Made by a program: the position numbers and the translations under genes
Shown here: positions 44,130 to 55,301 of the stretch, one piece after another
Layout of the letters: the number at the start of each line of letters is the position of its first letter
Numbering within the stretch: the first letter of the stretch is position 1
Origin: Mantamonas sphyraenae STR306
Taxonomy: Eukaryota > Protista > CRuMs
Length of the DNA: 64,000 bases
Assembly (NCBI GenBank): GCA_026936335.1
Contig: JAPMXV010000068.1
Span: forward strand, 124,001 to 188,000
Reading direction: 5' to 3'
The notes under the pieces: model-generated
Told to the model about the DNA's origin: nothing
Databases searched by the model: none
The model's input: the letters and a program-made list of their open reading frames with translations, nothing else

Positions 44130-46052
44130 TCAACCATACCGTAGTTTCCCGTGCCGGTTCCGCATCAACTGTGCCATGCCCTTGAAACCTGCTTTTTCGG
44201 CTTTGCTGATCTGGTCATCCACGTAGTTGTAGTCGCTTGTCGTTTGGTTTGGTCTGACAACAACGCCGCGCTCGGCCATAAAGTTGGCTGAGGGGATTGA
44301 AACATCATCAAACCAGTCGCTGTGGGTAAACTCGTACCCTAGCTCGAGCATGCTTTGCAAAGCCTGTTGAGAGCGCGGATCACAGCGGCCGAGGAGCGTT
44401 TTGACGACAGCCGAGTCGCTGTCGATGCCGTAGAGGGTCTCCTTGGGGAAACCCATCTCCAGCAACTTGGACCAGTCCCTGCCCTGCTGGGCGCCGGTGA
44501 TCCACAGGTAGGCCCCATCAGTGACGGCGAGTGCCTTTGTGCACGCGAGGAGGACCAGCTCCTCGTCGGACAACTCCTGCATGGCCATCGTCCACAGGAG
44601 CTCGGCCTGCGCAACGTCCATCCTGCTGAGAAACTTGACGTCGCGTTCTTTGAGCATGGCGAGCTGTGTCGCCGTCACGTCGACACCGTGATGGCCTGTC
44701 TCTGATTCATCCTTGGAGACAAGGAGCATCTTTGGGCCACGCGGGTTCCCATACATTTCCATGGCTTCCAAGGTGAGAGAACTGCCAATGTCTCTGCATA
44801 TCCAATGCATGTTTTCGACTGCCTGCGAGTTCATCTCTTCCGACAGCTGCATGTAGGCGGGCTTCACAAACGGATGGTGCAATTTGTACACGAGTGTCTC
44901 GTGCGGCGTGGCGCCTGTGCGTGCCAGCTCGACCAGAATCCGCACTTTGAGGTCATCGAGATCTGTAATGTTGCTGCACTTTGGTGTAAAGAGCCCCTTG
45001 AACGCCGTGGGAGGGAAGCCGTGGTCCAGGAGGTCAATCCAGCGCCGCATAGGCGCGGCAGCGGGGAGGCTGTGCCAGTCGACGTCGAGGTGGTTGGCCA
45101 AACTCACGATCTCGTCGTCGTAGAGTGCGTCCATGGCCACAGTCCACACAGAGAGGGCATAGGATGACGTCCCGGCCCTTTCGTACACGTATTTGGCAAA
45201 GGATTGTGGACCTTGCACAGCAAACACCTGGGCGCAGTCGGCCATCTGAGCACTCCACTTGTCGTGCAAGGCGTCGATCTCTGCGTCCGCTCTCGTCAAC
45301 CAGGTGCCCGGGTCTCGCTCGAGCAGCAACAGCACCGCATGTGGGTTGCCTTGACGGCGGGCTTGCTGGAGCGTGTGGTCGTCAAGGTGCTCGGGAAACT
45401 GCTGTTGAAGCCACAGCGCGGCGTCAAAGTGGGCATGGATGCCCCGGTACAGCTTGTTGATCTGCTCGTGGTCGAGATCGGTGTAGTTGGCCAGCATACA
45501 TGCGCGTGCAAGGACGTCTCCGCCGACTCGGAAGTGGATGGTTTCAAAGTCTTCCGTGGTGAGGACGCATTGCAGGAATTCGGGATCGCGCAGGCGTTTG
45601 AGTCGGGAAAGCGCATCACGGCAGTGCGTTTTGCAGATGTCCAGGGCGTCGGGCCAACGCTGTGGCGACACTCTGGCCTCAATCGCCTCGAGGAGTCGTC
45701 GGTGGCCGCGTACCTTGTGCTCGACGCCGTATGTCAACCCGTCCATGCCACGCTCCTCGACAAGTTGAGTGAGGGTAACACAGGTGTCCTCGTCTTGCGC
45801 CCCCTGGCGCTGAGCAGTCTCTAGAGTCATGGCGGACATGGGTGCACCCACCGCGTCCTCACCCGCAGAGCCGGAGGCACTGTGCTGTGTTTGCCGGGCA
45901 GAAAGGACCAACGACAGCTCGGGTAGCAGACCCATCGCTCGAAGGTGCCTGGTGGAGGAAAAGAATGTACGTGCAGCTTCGGGGTCCAGGTACGCCGCAA
46001 CGCGCGCCCACACCTCGACAGGGATCTGCTCCAGCGAGGAACGGTCACTCAT
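44130..46052 (-). CDS. F-box / degenerate ankyrin-like repeat protein, copy 1 (most diverged; main exon)
   Basis: F-box LEQIPVEVWARVAAYLDPEAARTFFSSTRHLR; ankyrin-like AHFDAALWL...ARRQGNPHAVLLLLE and AEKAGFKGMAQLM. Confidence 0.7.
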   Translation of the reverse strand: MSDRSSLEQIPVEVWARVAAYLDPEAARTFFSSTRHLRAMGLLPELSLVLSARQTQHSASGSAGEDAVGAPMSAMTLETAQRQGAQDEDTCVTLTQLVEERGMDGLTYGVEHKVRGHRRLLEAIEARVSPQRWPDALDICKTHCRDALSRLKRLRDPEFLQCVLTTEDFETIHFRVGGDVLARACMLANYTDLDHEQINKLYRGIHAHFDAALWLQQQFPEHLDDHTLQQARRQGNPHAVLLLLERDPGTWLTRADAEIDALHDKWSAQMADCAQVFAVQGPQSFAKYVYERAGTSSYALSVWTVAMDALYDDEIVSLANHLDVDWHSLPAAAPMRRWIDLLDHGFPPTAFKGLFTPKCSNITDLDDLKVRILVELARTGATPHETLVYKLHHPFVKPAYMQLSEEMNSQAVENMHWICRDIGSSLTLEAMEMYGNPRGPKMLLVSKDESETGHHGVDVTATQLAMLKERDVKFLSRMDVAQAELLWTMAMQELSDEELVLLACTKALAVTDGAYLWITGAQQGRDWSKLLEMGFPKETLYGIDSDSAVVKTLLGRCDPRSQQALQSMLELGYEFTHSDWFDDVSIPSANFMAERGVVVRPNQTTSDYNYVDDQISKAEKAGFKGMAQLMRNRHGKLRYG

Positions 46053-47016
46053 CTCGAGCAGTCGACCATTTGCGTCAGCGCTCGGTGTTTCAGAACGTGG
46101 GTGGCGTGGCAGGGTCCCGTGCGGTTCTCTGTTGCGGGAGACGGTGTTAGAGCGCGGTCATGACGCTGCGCATGGGCCACTGGCGACTTACGTTGAGCTG
46201 TCTCCACTGAAAGCGACGTGGCTCTCTGTTGATTGCTGGGCGTACGGGACGCGTTGCCGTTTGAGTGCGGTTGGGACGACTGCACCGCTGTCGCCGTTCA
46301 TGTCGTTATGGAGCTCAATGCGCTCGTGCAAGGTCGATGAGGTCTCTCCACCGACAGCGATGTGGCTCTCTGCTGTTGTGAGCACGGTCGCTGGTTGGGC
46401 GTACGGGACGCGTTGGCGTTTGAGCGCGGTTGGGGCGACTGCGCCGCTGTCGCCGTTCAGGTCGTTCTCTGGCTCAATGCGCTCGTGCAAGGTCGATGAG
46501 GTCTCTCCACCGACAGCGATGTGGCTCTCTCTCTGCTGTTGTGGTCACGGTCGCTGGTTGGGCGTGCGGGACGCGTTGCCGTTTGAGCGCGGTTGGGACG
46601 ACTGCGCCGCTGTCGCCGTTCATGTCGTTATGGAGCTCAATGAGCTCGTGCAAGGTCGATGAGGTCTCTCCACCGACAGCGATGTGGCTCTCTGCTGTTG
46701 TGGTCACAGTCGCTGGTTGGGCGTACGGGACGCGTTGGCGTTTGAGCGCGGTTGGGGCGACTGCGCCGCTGTCGCCGTTCAGGTCGTTCTCTGGCTCAAT
46801 GCGCTCGTGCAAGGTCGATGATGAGGTCTCTCCACCGACAGCGTTGTGGCTCTCTGCTGTTGTGAGCACGGTCGCTGGTTGGGCGTACGGGACGCGTTGG
46901 CGTTTGAGCGCGGTTGGGACGACTGCGCCGCTGTGTCGTGTAGGGGATAGGGAGGGTGGACGGGATAGAGTGGGATGAGGTGACCCTGGTGTGATATGAT
47001 GGGGTGGCCCAGCTCC

Positions 47017-48939
47017 TCAACGATACCGTAGTTTCCCGTGCCGGTTCCGCATCAACTGTGCCATGCCCTTGAAACCTGCTTTTTCGGCTTTGCTGATCTG
47101 GTCATCCACGTAGTTGTAGTCGCTTGTCGTTTGGTTTGGTCTGACAACAACGCCGCGCTCGGCCATAAAGTTGGCTGAGGGGATTGAAACATCATCAAAC
47201 CAGTCGCTGTGGGTAAACTCGTACCCTAGCTCGAGCATGCTTTGCAAGGCCTCTTGAGAGCGCGGATCACAGCGGCCGAGGAGCGTTTTGACGACAGCCG
47301 AGTCGCTGTCGATGCCGTAGAGGGTCTCCTTGGGGAAACCCCTCGCGAGCAATTTGGCCCAGTCCCTGCCCTGCTGGGCGCCGGTGATCCACAGGTAGGC
47401 CCCATCAGTGACGGCGAGTGCCTGTGTGCATGCGAGGAGGACCAGCTCCTGGTCGGACAACTCCTGCATGGCCATCGTCCACAGGAGCTCGGCCTGCGCA
47501 AGGTCCATCCTGCTGAGAAACTTGACGTCGCGTTCTTTGAGCATGGCGAGCTGTGTCGCCGTCACGTCGACACCGTGATGGCCTGTCTCTGATTCATCCT
47601 TGGAGACAAGGAGCATCTTTGGGCCATGCGGGTTCCCGTAGGTTTGCATGGCGTCAAAGGCGAGAGAACTGCCAATATCTGTGCATACCCAATGCATGTT
47701 TTCGACAGCGTGCCAGTCCCTCTCTTTGGATAGCTGCATGTAGGCCTGCTCCACACATGACTGGTGCGACCTGTACTGGATTGTCTCGTGCGGGGCAGCG
47801 CCCGTCCGTGCCAGCTCAACCAGAACCCGCACTTTGAGGTCATCGAGATCTGTAATGTCGCTGCACTTTGGTGCAAAGAGCCCCTTGAACGCCGTGGGAG
47901 GGAAGCCGTGGTCCAGGAGATCATTCCAGCGCTGCACAGACGCTGCAGCGGGCAGGCTAAATCAGTCGACGTCGAGGTGGTCGGCCAAACTCACGATCTC
48001 GTCGTCGTAGAGTGCGTCCATGGCCACAGTCCACACAGAGAGTGCATAGGATGACGTCCCGGCCCTTTCGTACACGTACTTGGCAAAGGCTTTTGGACCT
48101 TGGCCTACAAACACCTCGGCACAATCAGCCATCTGAGCACTCCACTTGTCGTGCAAGGCGTCGATCTCTGCGTCCTCCCTCGTCAACCAGGTGCCCGGGT
48201 CTCGCTCGAGCAGCAACAGCACCGCATGTGGGTTGCCTTGACGGCGGGCTTGCTGGAGCGTGTGGTCGTCAAGGTGCTCGGGAAACTGCTGTTGGAGCCA
48301 GAGCGCGGCGTCAAAGTGGGCATGGATGCCCCGGTACAGCTTGTTGATCTGCTCGTGGTCGAGATCGGTGTAGTTGGCCAGCATACATGCGCGTGCAAGG
48401 ACGTCTCCGCCGACTCGGAAGTGGATGGTGTCAAAGTCTTCCGTGTGGAGGACGCATCGCAGGAATTCGGGATCGCGCAGGCGTTTGAGTCGGGAAAGCG
48501 CATCACGGCAGTGCGTTTTGCAGATGTCCAGGGCGTCGGGCCAACGCTGTGGCGACACTCTGGCCTCAATCGCCTCGAGGAGTCGTCGGTGGCCGCGTAC
48601 CTTGTGCTCGACGCCGTATGTCAACCCGTCCATGCCACCCTCCTCGACAAGTTGAGTGAGGGTAACACAGGTTTCCTCGTCTTGCGCCCCCTGGCGCTGA
48701 GCAGTCTCCAGAGTCATGGCGGACATGGGTGCACCCACCGCGTCCTCACCCGCAGAGCCCGAGGCACTGTGCTGTGTTTGCCGGGCAGAAAGAACCAACG
48801 ACAGCTCGGGTAGCAGACCCATCGCTCGCAGGTGCCTGGTGGAGGAAAAGAATGTACGTGCAGCTTCGGGGTCCAGGTACGCCGCAACGCGCGCCCACAC
48901 CTCGACAGGGATCTGCTCCAGCAAGGAACGGTCACTCGT
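47017..48939 (-). pseudogene. F-box/ankyrin-like copy 2, premature TGA at 47962-47964
   Basis: CGA to TGA relative to copies 4 and 7; the MSDR ATG is ACG here. Confidence 0.75.
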
Positions 48940-49797
48940 CTCGAGCAGTCGACCATTTGCGTCAGCTCTCGGTGTTTCAGAACGTGGGTGGCGTGGCAGG
49001 GTCCCATGCGGTTCTCTGTTGCGGGAGACGGTGTTAGAGCGCGGTCATGACGCTGCGCATGGGCCACTGGCGACTTACGGTGAGCTGTCTCCACTGAAAG
49101 CGACGTGGCTCTCTGTTGATTGCTGGGCGTACGGGACGCGTTGATGTGTGCGCGCGGTTGGGACGACTGCGCCGCTGTCGCCGTTCAGGTCGTTATGGAG
49201 CTCAATGCGCTCGTGCAAGGTCGTTGAGGTCTCTCCACCGACAGCGATGTGGCTCTCTGCTGTTGTGGTCACGGTCGCTGGTTGGGCGTACGGGACGCGT
49301 TGGCGTTTGAGCGCGGTTGGGACGACTGCGCCGCTGTCGCCGTTCAGGTCGTTCTCGAGCTCAATGAGCTCGTGCAAGGTCGTTGAGGTCTCTCCACCGA
49401 CAGCGATGTGGCTCTCTGCTGTTGTGATCACGGTCGCTGGTTAGGCGTGCCGGACGTGTTGACGTTTGAGCGCGCTTGTCTCAGCTGCGCCGCTGTGTGT
49501 GGATGAGCCGCTGGGGACGAAGGGGGAGGAATTGAGGTTCAAGTGCACGCATAGCAAGGCGGGGTTGAATAACGAGGCAGTGGTGGTTATTGCTGCGCAG
49601 CAGCCTGCCCAACAGGCTGCCGAACGACGCGGATGTAGTGGCTGTGAGCAACACCGTGGTGGTGGACACACCGACGGCAACTGCAAGGGTGCTCAAGGCC
49701 ACGGGTACCGCAAACGTGACGGTGGTCGCAGGGAGGGTGGACTGGATAGAGTGGGATGAGGTGAGGCTGGTGTGATATGATGGGGTGGCCCAGCTCC

Positions 49798-51722
49798 TCA
49801 ACGATACCGTAGTTTCCCGTGCCGTTTCCGCATCAACTGTGCCATGCCCTTGAAACCTGCTTTTTCGGCTTTGCTGATCTGGTCATCCACGTAGTTGTAG
49901 TCGCTTGTCGTTTGGTTTGGTCTGACAACAACGCCGCGCTCGGCCATAAAGTTGGCTGAGGGGATTGAAACATCATCAAACCAGTCGCTGTGGGTAAACT
50001 CGTACCCTAGCTCGAGCATGCTTTGCAAGGCCTCTTGAGAGCGCGGATCACAGCGGCCGAGGAGCGTTTTGACGACAGCCGAGTCGCTGTCGATGCCGTA
50101 GAGGGTCTCCTTGGGGAAACCCCTCGCGAGCAATTTGGCCCAGTCCCTGCCCTGCTGGGCGCCGGTGATCCACAGGTAGGCCCCATCAGTGACGGCGAGT
50201 GCCTGTGTGCATGCGAGGAGGACCAGCTCCTGGTCGGACAACTCCTGCATGGCCATCGTCCACAGGAGCTCGGCCTGCGCAAGGTCCATCCTGCTGAGAA
50301 ACTTGACGTCGCGTTCTTTGAGCATGGCGAGCTGTGTCGCCGTCACGTCGACACCGTGATGGCCTGTCTCTGATTCATCCTTGGAGACAAGGAGCATCTT
50401 TGGGCCATGCGGGTTCCCGTAGGTTTGCATGGCGTCAAAGGCGAGAGAACTGCCAATATCTGTGCATACCCAATGCATGTTTTCGACAGCGTGCCAGTCC
50501 CTCTCTTTGGATAGCTGCATGTAGGCCTGCTCCACACATGACTGGTGCGACCTGTACTGGATTGTCTCGTGCGGGGCAGCGCCCGTCCGTGCCAGCTCGA
50601 CCAGAATCCGCACTTTGAGGTCATCGAGATCTGTAATGTCGCTGCACTTTGGTGCAAAGAGCCCCTTGAACGCCGTGGGAGGGAAGCCGTGGTCCAGGAG
50701 ATCATTCCAGCGCTGCACAGACGCTGCAGCGGGCAGGCTGTGCCAGTCGACGTCGAGGTGGTCGGCCAAACTCACGATCTCGTCGTCGTAGAGTGCGTCC
50801 ATGGCCACAGTCCACACACAGAGTGCGTAGGGTGACGTCCCGGCCCTTTTGTACACGTACTTGGCAAAGGCTTTTGGACCTTGGCCTACAAACACCTCGG
50901 CACAATCAGCCATCTGAGCACTCCACTTGTCGTGCAAGGCGTCGATCTCTGCGTCCTCCCTCGTCAACCAGGTGCCCGGGTCTCGCTCGAGCAGCAACAG
51001 CACCGCATGTGGGTTGCCTTGACGGCGGGCTTGCTGGAGCGTGTGGTCGTCAAGGTGCTCGGGAAACTGCTGTTGGAGCCAGAGCGCGGCGTCAAAGTGG
51101 GCATGGATGCCCCGGTACAGCTTGTTGATCTGCTCGTGGTCGAGATCGGTGTAGTTGGCCAGCATACATGCGCGTGCAAGGACGTCTCCGCCGACTCGGA
51201 AGTGGATGGTGTCAAAGTCTTCCGTGTGGAGGACGCATCGCAGGAATTCGGGATCGCGCAGGCGTTTGAGTCGGGAAAGCGCATCACGGCAGTGCGTTTT
51301 GCAGATGTCCAGGGCGTCGGGCCAACGCTGTGGCGACACTCTGGCCTCAATCGCCTCGAGGAGTCGTCGGTGGCCGCGTACCTTGTGCTCGACGCCGTAT
51401 GTCAACCCGTCCATGCCACCCTCCTCGACAAGTTGAGTGAGGGTAACACAGGTTTCCTCGTCTTGCGCCCCCTGGCGCTGAGCAGTCTCCAGAGTCATGG
51501 CGGACATGGGTGCACCCACCGCGTCCTCACACCCGCAGAGCCCGAGGCACTGTGCTGTGTTTGCCGGGCAGAAAGAACCAACGACCGCTCGGGTAGCAGA
51601 CCCATCGCTCGAAGGTGCCTGGTGGAGGAAAAGAATGTACGTGCAGCTTCGGGGTCCAGGTACGCCGCAACGCGCGCCCACACCTCGACAGGGATCTGCT
51701 CCAGCAAGGAACGGTCACTCAT
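49798..51722 (-). pseudogene. F-box/ankyrin-like copy 3, 2-bp insertion near 51529
   Basis: CCTCACACCCGC versus CCTCACCCGC in other copies; could be a sequencing error. Confidence 0.65.
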
Positions 51723-52421
51723 CTCGAGCAGTCGACCATTTGCGTCAGCGCTCGGTGTTTCAGAACGTGGGTGGCGTGGCAGGGTCCCGTGCGGTTCTCT
51801 GTTGCGGGAGACGGTGTTAGAGCGCGGTCATGACGCTGCGCATGGGCCACTGGCGACTTACGTTGAGTTGTCTCCACTGAAAGCGACGTGGCTCTCTGTT
51901 GATTGCTGGGCGTACGGGACGCGTTGATGTGTGCGCGCGGTTGGGACGACTGCGCCGCTGTCGCCGTTCAGGTCGTTATGGAGCTCAATGCGCTCGTGCA
52001 AGGTCGTTGAGGTCTCTCCACCGACAGCGATGTGGCTCTCTGCTGTTGTGGTCACGGTCGCTGGTTGGGCGTGCCGGACGTGTTGACGTTTGAGCGCGCT
52101 TGTCTCAGCTGCGCCGCTGTGTGTGGATGAGCCGCTGGGGACGAAGGGGGAGGAATTGAGGTTCAAGTGCACGCATAGCAAGGCGGGGTTGAATAACGAG
52201 GCAGTGGTGGTTATTGCTGCGCAGCAGCCTGCCCAACAGGCTGCCGAACGACGCGGATGTAGTGGCTGTGAGCAACACCGTGGTGGTGGACACACCGACG
52301 GCAACTGCAAGGGTGCTCAAGGCCACGGGTACCGCAAACGTGACGGTGGTCGCAGGGAGGGTGGACTGGATAGAGTGGGATGAGGTGAGGCTGGTGTGAT
52401 ATGATGGGGTGGCCCAGCTCC

Positions 52422-54344
52422 TCAACGATACCGTAGTTTCCCGTGCCGTTTCCGCATCAACTGTGCCATGCCCTTGAAACCTGCTTTTTCGGCTTTGCTG
52501 ATCTGGTCATCCACGTAGTTGTAGTCGCTTGTCGTTTGGTTTGGTCTGACAACAACGCCGCGCTCGGCCATAAAGTTGGCTGAGGGGATTGAAACATCAT
52601 CAAACCAGTCGCTGTGGGTAAACTCGTACCCTAGCTCGAGCATGCTTTGCAAGGCCTCTTGAGAGCGCGGATCACAGCGGCCGAGGAGCGTTTTGACGAC
52701 AGCCGAGTCGCTGTCGATGCCGTAGAGGGTCTCCTTGGGGAAACCCCTCGCGAGCAATTTGGCCCAGTCCCTGCCCTGCTGGGCGCCGGTGATCCACAGG
52801 TAGGCCCCATCAGTGACGGCGAGTGCCTGTGTGCATGCGAGGAGGACCAGCTCCTGGTCGGACAACTCCTGCATGGCCATCGTCCACAGGAGCTCGGCCT
52901 GCGCAAGGTCCATCCTGCTGAGAAACTTGACGTCGCGTTCTTTGAGCATGGCGAGCTGTGTCGCCGTCACGTCGACACCGTGATGGCCTGTCTCTGATTC
53001 ATCCTTGGAGACAAGGAGCATCTTTGGGCCATGCGGGTTCCCGTAGGTTTGCATGGCGTCAAAGGCGAGAGAACTGCCAATATCTGTGCATACCCAATGC
53101 ATGTTTTCGACAGCGTGCCAGTCCCTCTCTTTGGATAGCTGCATGTAGGCCTGCTCCACACATGACTGGTGCGACCTGTACTGGATTGTCTCGTGCGGGG
53201 CAGCGCCCGTCCGTGCCAGCTCAACCAGAACCCGCACTTTGAGGTCATCGAGATCTGTAATGTCGCTGCACTTTGGTGCAAAGAGCCCCTTGAACGCCGT
53301 GGGAGGGAAGCCGTGGTCCAGGAGATCATTCCAGCGCTGCACAGACGCTGCAGCGGGCAGGCTAAATCGGTCGACGTCGAGGTGGTCGGCCAAACTCACG
53401 ATCTCGTCGTCGTAGAGTGCGTCCATGGCCACAGTCCACACAGAGAGGGCATAGGATGACGTCCCGGCCCTTTCGTACACGTACTTGGCAAAGGCTTTTG
53501 GACCTTGGCCTACAAACACCTCGGCACAATCAGCCATCTGAGCACTCCACTTGTCGTGCAAGGCGTCGATCTCTGCGTCCTCCCTCGTCAACCAGGTGCC
53601 CGGGTCTCGCTCGAGCAGCAACAGCACCGCATGTGGGTTGCCTTGACGGCGGGCTTGCTGGAGCGTGTGGTCGTCAAGGTGCTCGGGAAACTGCTGTTGG
53701 AGCCAGAGCGCGGCGTCAAAGTGGGCATGGATGCCCCGGTACAGCTTGTTGATCTGCTCGTGGTCGAGATCGGTGTAGTTGGCCAGCATACATGCGCGTG
53801 CAAGGACGTCTCCGCCGACTCGGAAGTGGATGGTGTCAAAGTCTTCCGTGTGGAGGACGCATCGCAGGAATTCGGGATCGCGCAGGCGTTTGAGTCGGGA
53901 AAGCGCATCACGGCAGTGCGTTTTGCAGATGTCCAGGGCGTCGGGCCAACGCTGTGGCGACACTCTGGCCTCAATCGCCTCGAGGAGTCGTCGGTGGCCG
54001 CGTACCTTGTGCTCGACGCCGTATGTCAACCCGTCCATGCCACCCTCCTCGACAAGTTGAGTGAGGGTAACACAGGTTTCCTCGTCTTGCGCCCCCTGGC
54101 GCTGAGCAGTCTCCAGAGTCATGGCGGACATGGGTGCACCCACCGCGTCCTCACCCGCAGAGCCGGAGGCACTGTGCTGTGTTTGCCGGGCAGAAAGGAC
54201 CAACGACAGCTCGGGTAGCAGACCCATCGCTCGAAGGTGCCTGGTGGAGGAAAAGAATGTACGTGCAGCTTCGGGGTCCAGGTACGCCGCAACGCGCGCC
54301 CACACCTCGACAGGGATCTGCTCCAGCGAGGAACGGTCACTCAT
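52422..54344 (-). CDS. F-box/ankyrin-like copy 4 (intact main exon)
   Basis: 640-aa ORF near-identical to the other copies. Confidence 0.72.
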   Translation of the reverse strand: MSDRSSLEQIPVEVWARVAAYLDPEAARTFFSSTRHLRAMGLLPELSLVLSARQTQHSASGSAGEDAVGAPMSAMTLETAQRQGAQDEETCVTLTQLVEEGGMDGLTYGVEHKVRGHRRLLEAIEARVSPQRWPDALDICKTHCRDALSRLKRLRDPEFLRCVLHTEDFDTIHFRVGGDVLARACMLANYTDLDHEQINKLYRGIHAHFDAALWLQQQFPEHLDDHTLQQARRQGNPHAVLLLLERDPGTWLTREDAEIDALHDKWSAQMADCAEVFVGQGPKAFAKYVYERAGTSSYALSVWTVAMDALYDDEIVSLADHLDVDRFSLPAAASVQRWNDLLDHGFPPTAFKGLFAPKCSDITDLDDLKVRVLVELARTGAAPHETIQYRSHQSCVEQAYMQLSKERDWHAVENMHWVCTDIGSSLAFDAMQTYGNPHGPKMLLVSKDESETGHHGVDVTATQLAMLKERDVKFLSRMDLAQAELLWTMAMQELSDQELVLLACTQALAVTDGAYLWITGAQQGRDWAKLLARGFPKETLYGIDSDSAVVKTLLGRCDPRSQEALQSMLELGYEFTHSDWFDDVSIPSANFMAERGVVVRPNQTTSDYNYVDDQISKAEKAGFKGMAQLMRKRHGKLRYR

Positions 54345-54484
54345 CTCGAGCAGTCGACCATTTGCGTCAGCGCTCGGTGTTTCAGAACGTGGGTGGCGTG
54401 GCAGGGTCCCGTGCGGTTCTCTGTTGCGGGAGACGGTGTTAGAGCGCGGTCATGACGCTGCGCATGGGCCACTGGCGACTTACG

Positions 54485-55220
54485 TTGAGCTGTCTCCACT
54501 GAAAGCGACGTGGCTCTCTGTTGATTGCTGGGCGTACGGGACGCGTTGCCGTTTGAGTGCGGTTGGGACGACTGCACCGCTGTCGCCGTTCATGTCGTTA
54601 TGGAGCTCAATGCGCTCGTGCAAGGTCGATGAGGTCTCTCCACCGACAGCGATGTGGCTCTCTGCTGTTGTGAGCACGGTCGCTGGTTGGGCGTACGGGA
54701 CGCGTTGGCGTTTGAGCGCGGTTGGGGCGACTGCGCCGCTGTCGCCGTTCAGGTCGTTCTCTGGCTCAATGCGCTCGTGCAAGGTCGATGAGGTCTCTCC
54801 ACCGACAGCGATGTGGCTCTCTGCTGTTGTGGTCACGGTCGCTGGTTGGGCGTGCGGGACGCGTTGCCGTTTGAGCGCGGTTGGGACGACTGCGCCGCTG
54901 TCGCCGTTCATGTCGTTATGGAGCTCAATGAGCTCGTGCAAGGTCGATGAGGTCTCTCCACCGACAGCGATGTGGCTCTCTGCTGTTGTGGTCACAGTCG
55001 CTGGTTGGGCGTACGGGACGCGTTGGCGTTTGAGCGCGGTTGGGGCGACTGCGCCGCTGTCGCCGTTCAGGTCGTTCTCTGGCTCAATGCGCTCGTGCAA
55101 GGTCGATGAGGTCTCTCCACCGACAGCGTTGTGGCTCTCTGCTGTTGTGAGCACGGTCGCTGGTTGGGCGTACGGGACGCGTTGGCGTTTGAGCGCGGTT
55201 GGGACGACTGCGCCGCTGTG
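54485..55220 (-). repeat. 159-bp minisatellite encoding a 53-aa repeat (also at 46192-46935, 49080-49490, 51862-52115, 57365-57775, 60145-60400, 62768-63220)
   Basis: Unit PATVTTTAESHIAVGGETSSTLHERIELHNDLNGDSGAVVPTALKRQRVPYAQ; about 1-5 units per spacer. Confidence 0.9.
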
Positions 55221-55301
55221 TCGTGTAGGGGATAGGGAGGGTGGACGGGATAGAGTGGGATGAGGTGACCCTGGTGTGATATGATGGGGTGGCCCAGCTC
55301 C

